DNA of 64,000 nucleotides from Eledone cirrhosa (lineage: Eukaryota). Made by a program: the position numbers and the translations under genes. The notes beneath the pieces are model-generated. The model was given only the letters and a program-made list of their open reading frames with translations, was not told the DNA's origin and did not search any database. The stretch spans positions 30,442,001 to 30,506,000 of the forward strand of contig OZ024744.1 in assembly GCA_964016885.1 (NCBI GenBank), given 5' to 3'. Shown here one piece after another: positions 27,101-40,200 of the stretch (the stretch's first letter is position 1; each line of letters begins with the position of its first letter).

Positions 27101-30100
27101 GGAGAGAGTAGGAGAGACGGAGGCAGTGATAGTGGGAGGTTGGTTCCTCTGTGTTTGGACCAGGTGTTTATGAGAGATAGGGAGAGAGTTGGAAAGACGG
27201 AGACAGTGACAGTGGGTGGTTGGTTCCTCTGTGTTTAGACCTGGTGTATATGAGAGATAGGGAGAGAGTGGGAGAGACGGAGGCAGTGACAGTGGGAGGT
27301 TGGTTCCTCTGTGTTTGGACCTGGTGTACATGAGAGATAGGGAGAGAGTGAGAGAGACGGAGGCAGTGACAATGGGAGGTTGGTTCCTCTGTGTTTGGAC
27401 TTGGTGTATATGAGAGACAGGGAGAGTGGGAGAGATGGAGGCAGTGACAGTGGGAGGTTGGTTCCTCTGTGTTTAGACCTGGTGTATATGAGAGATAGGG
27501 AGAGAGTGGGAGAGACGGAGGCAGTGACTGTGGGAGGTTGGTTCCTCTGTGTTTGGATCTGGTGTATATGAGAGATAGGGAGAGAGTGGGAGAGACGGAG
27601 GCAGTGACAGTGGGAGGTTGGTTCCTCTGTGTTTGGACCTGGTGTACATGAGAGATAGGGAGAGAGTGAGAGAGACGGAGGCAGTGACAATGGGAGGTTG
27701 GTTCCTCTGTGTTTGGACTTGGTGTATATGAGAGACGGGGAGGGTGGGAGAGATGGAGGCAGTGACAGTGGGAGGTTGGTTCCTCTGTGTTTAGACCTGG
27801 TTTATATGAGAGATAGGGAGAGAGTGAGAGAGACTGAGGCAGTGACAGCGGGAGGTTGGTTCCTCTGTGTTTGGACCTGGTGTATATGAGAGATAGGGAG
27901 AGAGTGGGAGAGATGGAGGCAGTGACAGTGGGAGGTTGGTTCCTCTGTGTTTGGCCCTGGTGTATATGAGAGATAGGGAGAGAGTGGGAGAGATGTGGTC
28001 AGTGACAGTGGGAGGTTGGTTCCTCTGTGTTTGGACCAGGTGTTTATGAGAGATAGGGAGAGAGTTGGAAAGACGGAGGCAGTGACAGTGTGTGGTTGGT
28101 TCCTCTGTGTTTGGACCTGGTGTATATGCGAGAGAGGGAGAGAGTGGGTGAGACGGAGTCAGTGATAGTGGGAGGTTGGTTCCTCTGTGTTTGGACCTGG
28201 TGTATATGAGAGATAGGGAGAGAGTGAGATATGGAGGCAGTGACAGTGGGAGGGTGGTTCCTCTGTGTTTAGACCTGGTGTATATGAGAGATAGGGAGAG
28301 AGTGAGATATGGAGGCAGTGACAGCGGGAGGTTGGTTCCTCTGTGTTTAGACCTGGTGTATATGGGAGATAGGGAAAGAGTGAGATATGAAGGCAGTGAC
28401 AGTGGAAGGTTGGTTCCTCTGTGTTTAGACCTGGTGTATATGGGAGATAGAGAGAGAGTGAGATATGGAGGCAGTGACAGTGGGAGGTTGGTTCCTCTGT
28501 GTTTAGACCTGGTGTATATGGGAGATAGGGAGAGAGTGAGATATGGAGGCAGTGACAGTGGGAGGTCGGTTCCTCTGTGTTTGGACCTGGTGTATATGAG
28601 AGATAGGGGGAGAGTGAGAGAGACGTAGGCAGTGACAGTGTGAGGTTGGTTCCTCTGTGTTTAGACCTGGTGTATATGAGTGATAGGGAGTGAGTGAGAG
28701 ACGGAGGCAGTGTCAGTGGGAGGTTGGTTCCTCTGTGTTTGGACCTGGTGTATATGAGAGATAGGGAGAGAGTGAGAGAGACGGAGGCAGTGACAGTGGG
28801 AGGTTGGTTCCTCTGTGTTTAGACCTGGTGTATATGAGAGATAGGGAGAGAGTGAGAGAGACGTAGGCAGTGACAGTGGGAGGTTGGTTCCTCTGTGTTT
28901 AGACCTGGTGTATATGAGAGATAGGGAGAGAGTGAGAGAGACGGAGGCAGTGACAGTGGGAGGTTGGTTCCTCTGTGTTTGGACTTGTTGTATATGAGAG
29001 ATAGGGAGAGAGTAGGAGAGACGGAAACAGTGACAGTGGGAGGTTGGTTCCTCTGTGTTTAGACCTGGTGTATATGAGAGATAGGGAGAGAGTGGGAGAG
29101 ACGGAGGCTGTGACAGTGGGAGGTTGGTTCCTCTGTGTTTGGACCTGGTGTATATGAGAGATAGGGAGAGAGTGGGAGAGACGGAGGCAGTGACAGTGGG
29201 AGGTTGGTTCCTCTGTGTTTGGACCTGGTGTATATGAGAGATAGGGAGAGAGTGGAAGAGATGGAGGCAGTGACAGCGGGAGGTTGGTTCCTCTGTGTTT
29301 GGATCTGGTGTATATGAGAGATAGGGAGAGAGTAGGAGAGACGGAGGCAGTGATAGTGGGAGGTTGGTTCCTCTGTGTTTGGACCAGGTGTTTATGAGAG
29401 ATAGGGAGAGAGTTGGAAAGACGGAGACAGTGACAGTGGGTGGTTGGTTCCTCTGTGTTTGGACCTGGTGTATATGAGAGAGAGGGAGAGAGTGAGAGAG
29501 ACGGAGGCAGTGATAGTGGGAGGTTGGTTCCTCTGTGTTTGGACCTGGTGTATATGAGAGATGGGGAGAGAGTGAGAGAGACGGAGGCAGTGATAGTGGG
29601 AGGTTGGTTCCTCTGTGTTTGGACCTGGTGTATATGTGAGACAGGGAGAGAGTGGGAGAGAGACGGAGGCAGTGACAGTGGGTGGTTGGTTCCTCTGTGT
29701 TTAGACCTGGTGTATATGAGAGATAGGGAGAGAGTGGGAGAGACGGAGGCAGTGACAGTGGGAGGTTGGTTCCTCTGTGTTTGGACCTGGTGTACATGAG
29801 AGATAGGGAGAGAGTGAGAGAGACGGAGGCAGTGACAATGGGAGGTTGGTTCCTCTGTGTTTGGACTTGGTGTATATGAGAGACAGGGAGAGTGGGAGAG
29901 ATGGAGGCAGTGACAGTGGGAGGTTGGTTCCTCTGTGCTTAGACCTGGTGTATATGAGAGATAGGGAGAGAGTGGGAGAGACCGAGGCAGTGACTGTGGG
30001 AGGTTGGTTCCTCTGTGTTTGGATCTGGTTTATATGAGAGATAGGGAGAGAGTGGGAGAGACGGAGGCAGTGACAGTGGGAGGTTGGTTCCTCTGTGTTT

Positions 30101-32700
30101 GGACCTGGTGTACATGAGAGATAGGGAGAGAGTGAGAGAGACGGAGGCAGTGACAATGGGAGGTTGGTTCCTCTGTGTTTGGACTTGGTGTATATGAGAG
30201 ACAGGGAGAGTGGGAGAGATGGAGGCAGTGACAGTGGTAGGTTGGTTCCTCTGTGTTTAGACCTGGTGTATATGAGAGATAGGGAGAGAGTGAGAGAGAC
30301 TGAGGCAGTGACAGCGGGAGGTTGGTTCCTCTGTGTTTGGACCTGGTGTATATGAGAGATAGGGAGAGAGTGGGAGAGATGGAGGCAGTGACAGTTGGAG
30401 GTTGGTTCCTCTGTGTTTGGACCTGGTGTATATGAGAGATAGTGAGAGAGTGGGAGAGATGTGGTCAGTGACAGTGGGAGGTTTGTACCTCTGTGTTTGG
30501 ACCAGGCGTTTATGAGAGATAGGGAGAGAGTAGGAAAGACGGAGACAGTGACAGTGGGTGGTTGGTTCCTCTGTGTTTGGACCTGGTGTATATGAGAGAG
30601 AGGGAGAGAGTGGGAGAGACGGAGGCAGTGATAGTGGGAGGTTGGTTCCTCTGTGTTTGGACCTGGTGTACATGAGAGATAGGGAGAGAGTGAGAGAGAC
30701 GGAGGCAGTGATAGTGGGAGGTTGGTTCCTCTGTGTTTGGACCTGGTGTATATGTGAGACAGGGAGAGAGTGGGAGAGAGACGGAGGCAGTGACAGTGGG
30801 TGGTTGGTTCCTCTGTGTTTAGACCTGGTGTATATGAGAGATAGGGAGATAGTGGGAGAGACGGAGGCAGTGACTGTGGGAGGTTGGTTCCTCTGTGTTT
30901 GGATCTGGTGTATATGAGAGTTAGGGAGAGAGTGGGAGAGACGGAGGCAGTGACAGTGGGAGGTTGGTTCCTCTGTGTTTGGACCTGGTGTACATGAGAG
31001 ATAGGGAGAGAGTGAGAGAGACGGAGGCAGTGACAATGGGAGGTTGGTTCCTCTGTGTTTGGACTTGGTGTATATGAGAGACGGGGAGAGTGGGAGAGAT
31101 GGAGGCAGTGACAGTGGGAGGTTGGTTCCTCTGTGTTTAGACCTGGTTTATATGAGAGATAGGGAGAGAGTGAGAGAGACTGAGGCAGTGACAGCGGGAG
31201 GTTGGTTCCTCTGTGTTTGGACCTGGTGTATATGAGAGATAGGGAGAGAGTGGGAGAGATGGAGGCAGTGACAGTGGGAGGTTGGTTCCTCTGTGTTTGG
31301 CCCTGGTGTATATGAGAGATAGGGAGAGAGTGGGAGAGATGTGGTCAGTGACAGTGGGAGGTTGGTTCCTCTGTGTTTGGACCAGGTGTTTATGAGAGAT
31401 AGGGAGAGAGTTGGAAAGACGGAGGCAGTGACAGTGTGTGGTTGGTTCCTCTGTGTTTGGACCTGGTGTATATGCGAGAGAGGGAGAGAGTGGGTGAGAC
31501 GGAGGCAGTGATAGTGGGAGGTTGGTTCCTCTGTGTTTGGACCTGGTGTATATGAGAGATAGGGAGAGAGTGAGATATGGAGGCAGTGACAGTGGGAGGT
31601 TGGTTCCTCTGTGTTTAGACCTGGTGTATATGAGAGATAGGGAGAGAGTGAGATATGGAGGCAGTGACAGCGGGAGGTTGGTTCCTCTGTGTTTAGACCT
31701 GGTGTATATGGGAGATAGGGAAAGAGTGAGATATGAAGGCAGTGACAGTGGAAGGTTGGTTCCTCTGTGTTTAGACCTGGTGTATATGGGAGATAGAGAG
31801 AGAGTGAGATATGGAGGCAGTGACAGTGGGAGGTTGGTTCCTCTGTGTTTAGACCTGGTGTATATGGGAGATAGGGAGAGAGTGAGATATGGAGGCAGTG
31901 ACAGTGGGAGGTCGGTTCCTCTGTGTTTGGACCTGGTGTATATGAGAGATAGGGGGAGAGTGAGAGAGACGTAGGCAGTGACAGTGTGAGGTTGGTTCCT
32001 CTGTGTTTAGACCTGGTGTATATGAGTGATAGGGAGTGAGTGAGAGACGGAGGCAGTGACAGTGGGAGGTTGGTTCCTCTGTGTTTGGACCTGGTGTATA
32101 TGAGAGATAGGGAGAGAGTGAGAGAGACGGAGGCAGTGACAGTGGGAGGTTGGTTCCTCTGTGTTTAGACCTGGTGTATATGAGAGATAGGGAGAGAGTG
32201 AGAGAGACGTAGGCAGTGACAGTGGGAGGTTGGTTCCTCTGTGTTTAGACCTGGTGTATATGAGAGATAGGGAGAGAGTGAGAGAGACGGAGGCAGTGAC
32301 AGTGGGAGGTTGGTTCCTCTGTGTTTGGACTTGTTGTATATGAGAGATAGGGAGAGAGTAGGAGAGACGGAAACAGTGACAGTGGGAGGTTGGTTCCTCT
32401 GTGTTTAGACCTGGTGTATATGAGAGATAGGGAGAGAGTGGGAGAGACGGAGGCAGTGACAGTGGGAGGTTGGTTCCTCTGTGTTTGGACCTGGTGTATA
32501 TGAGAGATAGGGAGAGAGTGGGAGAGACGGAGGCAGTGACAGTGGGAGGTTGGTTCCTCTGTGTTTGGACCTGGTGTATATGAGAGATAGGGAGAGAGTG
32601 GAAGAGATGGAGGCAGTGACAGCGGGAGGTTGGTTCCTCTGTGTTTGGATCTGGTGTATATGAGAGATAGGGAGAGAGTAGGAGAGACGGAGGCAGTGAT
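23160..32700. repeat. Further higher-order blocks in the 80-bp satellite (offsets 1,668; 2,224; 3,346)
   Basis: The same cluster of 78-bp variant monomers with 'agatatgaaggc' gives the ORF-track entries at 24284, 25952, 28176 and 31522. 23400/25068 and 23886/25554 are also offset by 1,668. Boundaries approximate. Confidence 0.82.
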
Positions 32701-34240
32701 AGTGGGAGGTTGGTTCCTCTGTGTTTAGACCTGGTGTATATGAGAGATAGGGAGAGAGTAGGAGAGACGGAGGCAGTGACAGTGGGAGGTTGGTTCCTCA
32801 GTGTTTAGACCTGGTGTATATGAGAGATAGGGAGAGAGTAGGAGAGACGGAGGCAGTGACAGTGGGAGGTTGGTTCCTCTGTGTTTGGACTTGGTGTATA
32901 TGAGAGACAGGGAGAGTGGGAGAGACGGAGGCAGTGACAGTGGGAGGTTGGTTCCTCTGTGTTTGGATCTTGTGTATATGAGAGATAGGGAGAGAGTAGG
33001 AGAGACGGAGGCAGTGACAGTGGGAGGTTGGTTCCTCTGTGTTTGGACCTGGTGTACATGAGAGATAGGGAGAGAGTGGGAGAGACGGAGGCAGTGACAG
33101 TGGGAGGTTGGTTCCTCTGTGTTTGGACCTGGTGTACATGAGAGATAGGGAGAGAGTGGAAGAGACGGAGGCAGTGACAGTGGGAGGTTGGTTCCTCTGT
33201 GTTTGGACCTGGTGTATATGAGAGATAGGGAGAGAGTGGGAGAGACGGAGGCAGTGACAGTGGGAGGTTGGTTCCTCTGTGTTGGGACCTGGTGTATATG
33301 AGAGATAGGGAGAGAGTGGAAGAGACGGAGGCAGTGACAGTGGGAGGTTGGCTCCTCTGTGTTTGGACCTGGTGTATATGAGAGATAGGGAGAGAGTGGG
33401 AGAGACGGAGGCAGTGACAGTGGGAGGTTGGTTCCTCTGTGTTGGGACCTGGTGTATATGAGAGATAGGGAGAGAGTGAGAGAGACGGAGGCAGTGACAG
33501 TGGGAGGTTGGTTCCTCTGTGTTTGGACCTGTTGTATATGAGAGATAGGGAGAGAGTGGCAGAGATGGAGGCAGTGACAGTGGGAGGTTGGTTCCTCTGT
33601 GTTTAGACCTGGTGTATATGAGAGATAGGGAGAGAGTGAGAGAGAGACGGAGGCAGTGACAGTGGGAGGTTGGATCCTCTGTGTTTGGACCTGGTGTATA
33701 TGAGAGATAGGTAGAGTGAGAGAGACGGAGGCAGTGACAGTGGGAGGTTGGTTCCTCTGTGCTTGGACCTGGTGTATATGAGAGATAGGTAGAGTGAGAG
33801 AGACGGAGTCAGTGAATGTGGGAGGTTGGGTCCTCTGTGTTTAGACCTGGTGTATATGAGAGATAGGGAGAGTGGGAGAGACCGAGGCAGTGACAGTGGG
33901 AGGTTGGTTCCTCTGTGTTTGGACCAGGTGTATATGATAGATAGGGAGAGTGAGAGTGACGGAGGCAGTGAATGTGGGAGGTTGGGTCCTCTGTGTTTAG
34001 ACCTGGTGTATATGAGAGATAGGGAGAGTGGGAGCGACCGAGGCAGTGACAGTGGGAGGTTGGTTCCTCTGTGTTTAGATCTGGTGTATATGAGAGATAA
34101 TGAGAGAGTGGGAGAAATGGAGGTAGTGACAGTGGGAGGTTGGTTCCACTGTGTTTGGATCTGGTGTATATGAGAGATAGGGAGAGAGTGGGAGAGACGT
34201 TGGCATTGACAGTGGGAGGTTGGTTCCTCTGTGTTTAGAC

Positions 34241-37200
34241 ATGGCCTTTTGATAGTCTGTGGCTTTCTGATAGACTCTGGCCTTCTGATTGTCTGTGGCC
34301 TTTTGATAGACTGTGGCCTTCAGATAGATTGTGGCCTTCAGATAGACAGTGGCCTTCAGATAGACAGTGGCCTTCAGATAGACTGTGGCCGTTTGATAGA
34401 CTGTGGCCTTCAGATAGATTGTGGCCTTCAGATAGACTGTGGCCTTCAGATAGACTGTGGCCTTTTGATACATTGTGGCCAACAGATAGACTCTGGCTTT
34501 CTGAATAGACCGTGGCCTTCTGATAGAATGTGGCTTTCAGATAGACTGTGGCCATTTGATAGACTGTGGCCTTCTGTTAGACTGTGGCCTTCTGATAGAC
34601 TAACTCTGGCCATCAGATAGACTGAGGCCTTCTGATAGTCTAACTATGAACTTCTGATTGACTGTGGCCATCTGATTGACTGTGGCCTTCAGATAGTGTG
34701 TGGCCTTCTGATAGACTTTGGCCTTCAGATAGACTGTGGCCTTCTGATTGTCTGTGGCCTTCAGATAGACTGTGGCCTTCTTATAGACTGTGGCCTTTTG
34801 ATAGACTGTGGCCTTCTGATAGACTGTGGCCTTCAGATAGATTGTGGCCTTCTGATTGTCTGTGGCCTTCTGATACACTGTGGCCTTCTGATAGCCTGTA
34901 GCCTTCTGATAGACTGTGGCCTTCTGATATACTGGGGCCTTCTGATAGACTGTGGCCTTCTGATTGACTGTGGCCTTCAGATAGTCTGTGGCCTTCTGAT
35001 AGACTTTGGCCTTCAGATAGACTGTCGCCTTCTGATTGTCTGTGGCCTTCAGATAGATTGTGGCCTTCTGATTGTCTGTGGCCTTCTGATAGACTAACTG
35101 TGGCCTTCTGATACCCTGTGGCCTTTTTATAGACTGTGGCCTTCTGATAGACTGTGGCCTTCAGTTAGACTGTGGCCTTCTGATAGTCTGTGGACTTATG
35201 ATAGACTGAGGCCTTCTCATAGATCGTGGCCCTTTGATAGACTGTGGCCTTCTGATAGACTGTGGCCTTATGATAGACTGTGCCCTTTGGATAGACTTTG
35301 GCCTTCAGTTAGACTGTGGCCTTCTGATAGACTGTGGACTTTCGATAGACTGTGGCCTTCTGATAGACTGTGGACTTCTGATAGCCTGTGTCCTTCTGAT
35401 AGACTGTGGCCTTCTGATAGACTGTGGCCCTCTGATAGAATGTGGCCTTCTGTTTGACTGTTGACTTCTGATAGACTGTGGCCTCCTGATAGACTGTGGC
35501 CTTCTGATAGACTGTGGCCTTCTGATAGACTGTGGCCTTCTGATAGACTGTGGACTTCTGATAGACTGTGGCCTTCTGATAGACTGTGGACTTCTGTTAG
35601 ACTGTGGCCTTCTGATAGACTGTGGCCTTCTGATAGACTGTGGCCTTCTGATAGACTGTGGCCTTCTGATAGACTGTGGCCTTCTGATAGATTGTGGCCT
35701 TCTGATAGACTGTGGCCTTCTGTTAGACTGTGCCCTGCTGATAGACTGTCGCCTTCTAATGACTGTGGCCTTCTGATAGACTAACTGTGCCCTTCTGATA
35801 GACTCCGGCCATCTGATAGCCTGTGGCCTTCAGATAGTCTGTGGCCTTCAGATAGACCGTGGCCTTCTGATAGTCTGTGGCATTCTTATAGACTGTGGCC
35901 TTCTGTTAGACTGTGGCCTTTTGATAGACTGTGGCCTTCTGATAGACTGTGGCCTTCTGATAGACTGTGTGGCCTTCTGATAGACTGTGGCCTTCTGATA
36001 GACTAACTCTGGCCTTCAGATAGACTGAGGCCTTCTGATAGACTGTGGCCTTCTGATAGACTGTGTGGCCTTCTGATAGACTGTGGCCTTCTGATAGACT
36101 AACTCTGGCCTTCTGATAGACTGAGGCCTTCTGATAGACTGTGGCCTTCTGATAGATTGTGGCCTTCTGATAGACTATGGCCTTCTGATAGACTGTGGCC
36201 TTCTGATAGCCTGTGTCCTTCTGATAGACTGTGGCCTTCTGATAGACTGTGGCCTTCTGATAGACTGTGGCCCTCTGATAGACTGTGGCCTTCTGTTAGA
36301 CTGTGGCCTTCTTATAGACTCTGGCCTTCTGATAGCCTGTGGCCGTCTAATAGACTGGGGCCTTCTGATAGACTGTGGCCTTCTGTTAGACTGTGGCCTT
36401 CTTATAGACTGTGGCCTTCTGATAGCCTGTGGCCGTCTAATAGACTGTGTCCTTCTGATAGACTGGGGCCTTCTGATAGACTGTGGCCTTCTGATAGACT
36501 GTGGAACTCTGATAGACTGTGGCCTTCTGATAGACTGGGGCCTTCTGATAGATTGTGGCCTTCTGATAGACTGTGGCCTTCTGATAGACTGTGGCCTTCT
36601 GATAGACTGTGGCTTTCTGATAGCCTGTAGCCTTCTGATAGCCTGTAGCCTTCTGATAGACTGTGGCCGTCTAATAGACTGTGTCCTTCTGATAGCCTGT
36701 AGCCTTCTGATAGACTGTGGCCTTCTGATAGAATGTAGCCTTCTGATAGCCTGTGGCCTTCTAAATTGACTGTGGCCTTCAGATAGACTGTGGCCTTCTT
36801 ATAGACTGTGGCCTTCATATAGACCGTGGCCATCTGATTGACTGTGGCCCTCAGATAGACTCTGGCCTTTTGATAGACTGTGGACCTCTGATAGACTGTG
36901 ACCTTCTCATAGTCTAACTGTGAACTTCTGATAGACTGTCCTTCTAGCAGACTAACTCTGGCCTTCAGATAGACTGTGGCCTCCTGATAGTTTAACTGTG
37001 AACTTCTAATAGAATGTGGCCATCTGATTGACTGTGAACTTCAGATAGACTGTGGCCTTCTGGTAGACTGTGACTTCTGATAGATTGATGCCTTCAGATA
37101 GACTGTGGCCTTCTGGTAGACTGTGACTTCTGATAGACTGTGGCCTTCTGGTAGACTGTGACTTCTGATAGACTGTGGCCTTCTGATAGACTGTGGTCTT

Positions 37201-40200
37201 CTGATAGACTGTGATCTTCTGATAGACTGGGACCTTCTGATAGACTGGGACTTCTGATAGATTGATGCCTTCAGATAGACTGGGGCCTTCTGATAGACTG
37301 TGGCCTTCTGATAGACTGTGGCCTTCTGATAGACTGTGGTCTTCTGATAGAATGTGGCCTTCAGATAGACTGTGGCCTTCTGATTGTCTGTGGCCTTCTG
37401 ATAGATTAACTGTGGCCTTCTGATACCCTGTGGCCTGCTTATAGTCTGTGGCCTTCTGATAGACTGTGGCCTTCTGATAGACTGTGCCCTTTGGGTAGAC
37501 TGTGGCCTTCTGATAGCCTGTGGAACTCTGATAGACTGTGGCCTTCTTATAGACTGTGGCCTTTTGATAGACTGTGGCCTTCTTATAGACTGTGGCCTTT
37601 TGATAGACTGTGGCCTTCTGATATACTGGGGCCTTCTGATAGACTGTGGCCTTCTGATAGACTGTGGCCTTCTGATAGTCTGTGGCCTTCTGATAGACTG
37701 TGGCCTTCAGATAGACTGTGGAACTCTGATAGACTGGGGAACTCTGATAGACTGTGGCCTTCTTATAGTCTGTGGTCTTTTGATAGACTGTGGCCTTCTG
37801 ATAGACTGGGGCCTTCTGATAGCCTGTGTCCTTCTGATAGACTGTGGCCTTCTGATAGACTGTGGCCTTCTGATAGACTGTGGCCTTCTGATAGAATGTG
37901 GCCTTCTGATAGCCTGTGGCCTTCTAAATTGACTGTGGCCTTCAGATAGACTGTGGCCTTCTTATAGACTGTGGCCTTCTGATAGACTGTGTCCTTCTGA
38001 TAGACTGTGGCCTTCTGATAGACTGTGGCCTTCTGATAGACTGTGGCCTTCTGATAGAATGTGGCCTTCTGATAGCCTGTGGCCTTCTAAATTGACTGTG
38101 GCCTTCAGATAGACTGTGGCCTTCTGATAGACTGTGGCCTTCTGATAGACTGTGTCCTTCTGATAGACTGTGGCCTTCTGATAGACTGTGGCCTTCAGAT
38201 AGACTGTGGCCTTCTGATAGACTGTGGCCTTCATATAGACCGTGGCCATCTGATTGACTGTGGCCTTCAGATAGACTCTGGCCTTTTGATAGACTGTGAC
38301 CTTCTCATAGTCTAACTGTGAACTTCTGATAGACTGTGTCCTTCTAGCAGACTAACTCTGGCCTTCAGATAGACTGTGGCCTTCTGATAGTTTAACTGTG
38401 AACTTCTAATAGAATGTGGCCATCTGATTGACTGTGAACTTCAGATAGACTGTGGCCTTCTGGGAGACTGTGACTTCTGATAGATTGATGCCTTCAGATA
38501 GACTGTGGCCTTCTGATAGACTGTGGTCTTCTGATAGACTGTGGTCTTCTGATAGACTGGGACCTTCTGATAGACTGGGACTTCTGATAGATTGATGCCT
38601 TCAGATAGACTGGGGCCTTCTGATAGACTGTGGCCTTCTGGTAGACTGTGACTTCTGATAGATTGATGCCTTCAGATAGACTGTGGCCTTCTGTTTGACT
38701 GTGGACTTCTGATAGACTGTGGTCTTCTGATAGACTGGGGCCTTCTGATAGACTGTGGCCTTTTGATAGACTGTGGCCTTCTGATAGATTGATGCCTTCA
38801 GATAGACTGTGGCCTTCTGTTTGACTGTGGACTTCTGATAGACTGTGGTCTTCTGATAGACTGTGGTCTTCTGATAGACTGTGGCCTTTTGATAGACTGT
38901 GGCCTTCTGATAGTTTGATGCCTTCAGATAGACTGGGGCCTTCTGATAGACTGTGGCCTTCTGATAGACTGTGGCCTTCTGTTTGACTGTGGACTTCTGA
39001 TAGAATGTGGACTTCTGATAGACTGTGGTCTTCTGATAGATTGTGACATTCTGATAGACTGTGGCCTTCTGATAGACTGTGGCCTTCTGATAGCCTGTGG
39101 CCGTCTAATAGACTGTGGCCTTCTGATAGCCTGTGGCCGTCTAATAGACTGTGGCCTTCTGATAGCCTGTAGCCTTCTGATAGACTGTGGCCGTCTAATA
39201 GACTGTGTCCTTCTGATAGCCTGTAGCCTTCTGATAGACTGTGGCCTTCTGATAGAATGTGGCCTTCTGATAGCCTGTGGCCTTCTAAATTGACTGTGGC
39301 CTTCAGATAGACTGTGGCCTTCTGATAGACTGTGGCCTTCATATAGACCGTGGCCATCTGATTGACTGTGGCCTTCAGATAGACTCTGGCCTTTTGATAG
39401 ACTGTGGACCTCTGATAGACTGTGACCTTCTCATAGTCTAACTGTGAACTTCTGATAGACTGTGTCCTTCTAGCAGACTAACTCTGGCCTTCAGATAGAC
39501 TGTGGCCTTCTGATAGTTTAACTGTGAACTTCTAATAGAATGTGGCCATCTGATAGACTGTGAACTTCAGATAGACTGTGGCCTTCTGGTAGACTGTGAC
39601 TTCTGATAGATTGATGCCTTCAGATAGTCTGTGGCCTTCTGATAGACTGTGGTCTTCTGATAGACTGTGGTCTTCTGATAGACTGGGATCTTCTGATAGA
39701 CTGGGACTTCTGATAGATTGATGCCTTCAGATAGACTGGGGCCTTCTGATAGACTGTGGCATTCTGATAGACTGTGGCCTTCTGTTTGACTGTGGACTTC
39801 TGATAGAATGTGGACTTCTGATAGACTGGGGCCTTCTGATAGACTGTGGCCTTCTGATTGTCTGTGGCCTTCTGATAGATTAACTGTGGCCTTCTGATAC
39901 CCTGTGGCCTGCTGATAGACTGTGGCCTTCTGATAGACTGTGGCCTTCTGATAGACTGTGCCCTTTGGGTAGACTGTGGCCTTCTGATAGCCTGTGGAAC
40001 TCTGATAGACTGTGGCCTTCTTATAGACTGTGGCCTTTTGATAGACTGTGGCCTTCTGATAGACTGGGGCCTTCTGATAGACTGTGGCCTTTTGATAGAC
40101 TGTGGCCGTCTAATAGACTGTGGCCTTCTGATAGACTGTGGCCTTCTGATAGTCTGTGGCCTTCTGATAGACTGTGTCCTTCTGATAGCCTGTAGCCTTC

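Larger units (their letters stand above)
1..34240. repeat. 80-bp tandem satellite array, ~430 monomers, truncated by window start
   Basis: Consensus AGAGATAGGGAGAGAGTGGGAGAGACGGAGGCAGTGACAGTGGGAGGTTGGTTCCTCTGTGTTTGGACCTGGTGTATATG (80 nt) repeats head-to-tail. 78- and 82-bp variants arise in the GA-dinucleotide tract. Copy number is length/80. Confidence 0.98.

Noticed and set aside
119-34173. Many ORFs up to 695 aa in the 80-bp array (e.g. 6865-8952, 17555-19642, 20911-22998)
   Set aside because: They are translations of a satellite whose unit is not a multiple of 3, so they cycle through the same three peptides. The C/T-rich strand is simply poor in stop codons, and no domain is recognisable.
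1-34240. Telomeric repeat or ribozyme within the 80-bp unit
   Set aside because: There are no tandem TTAGGG-type units, and I found no hammerhead core on either strand. Other ribozyme classes would need a covariance-model search.
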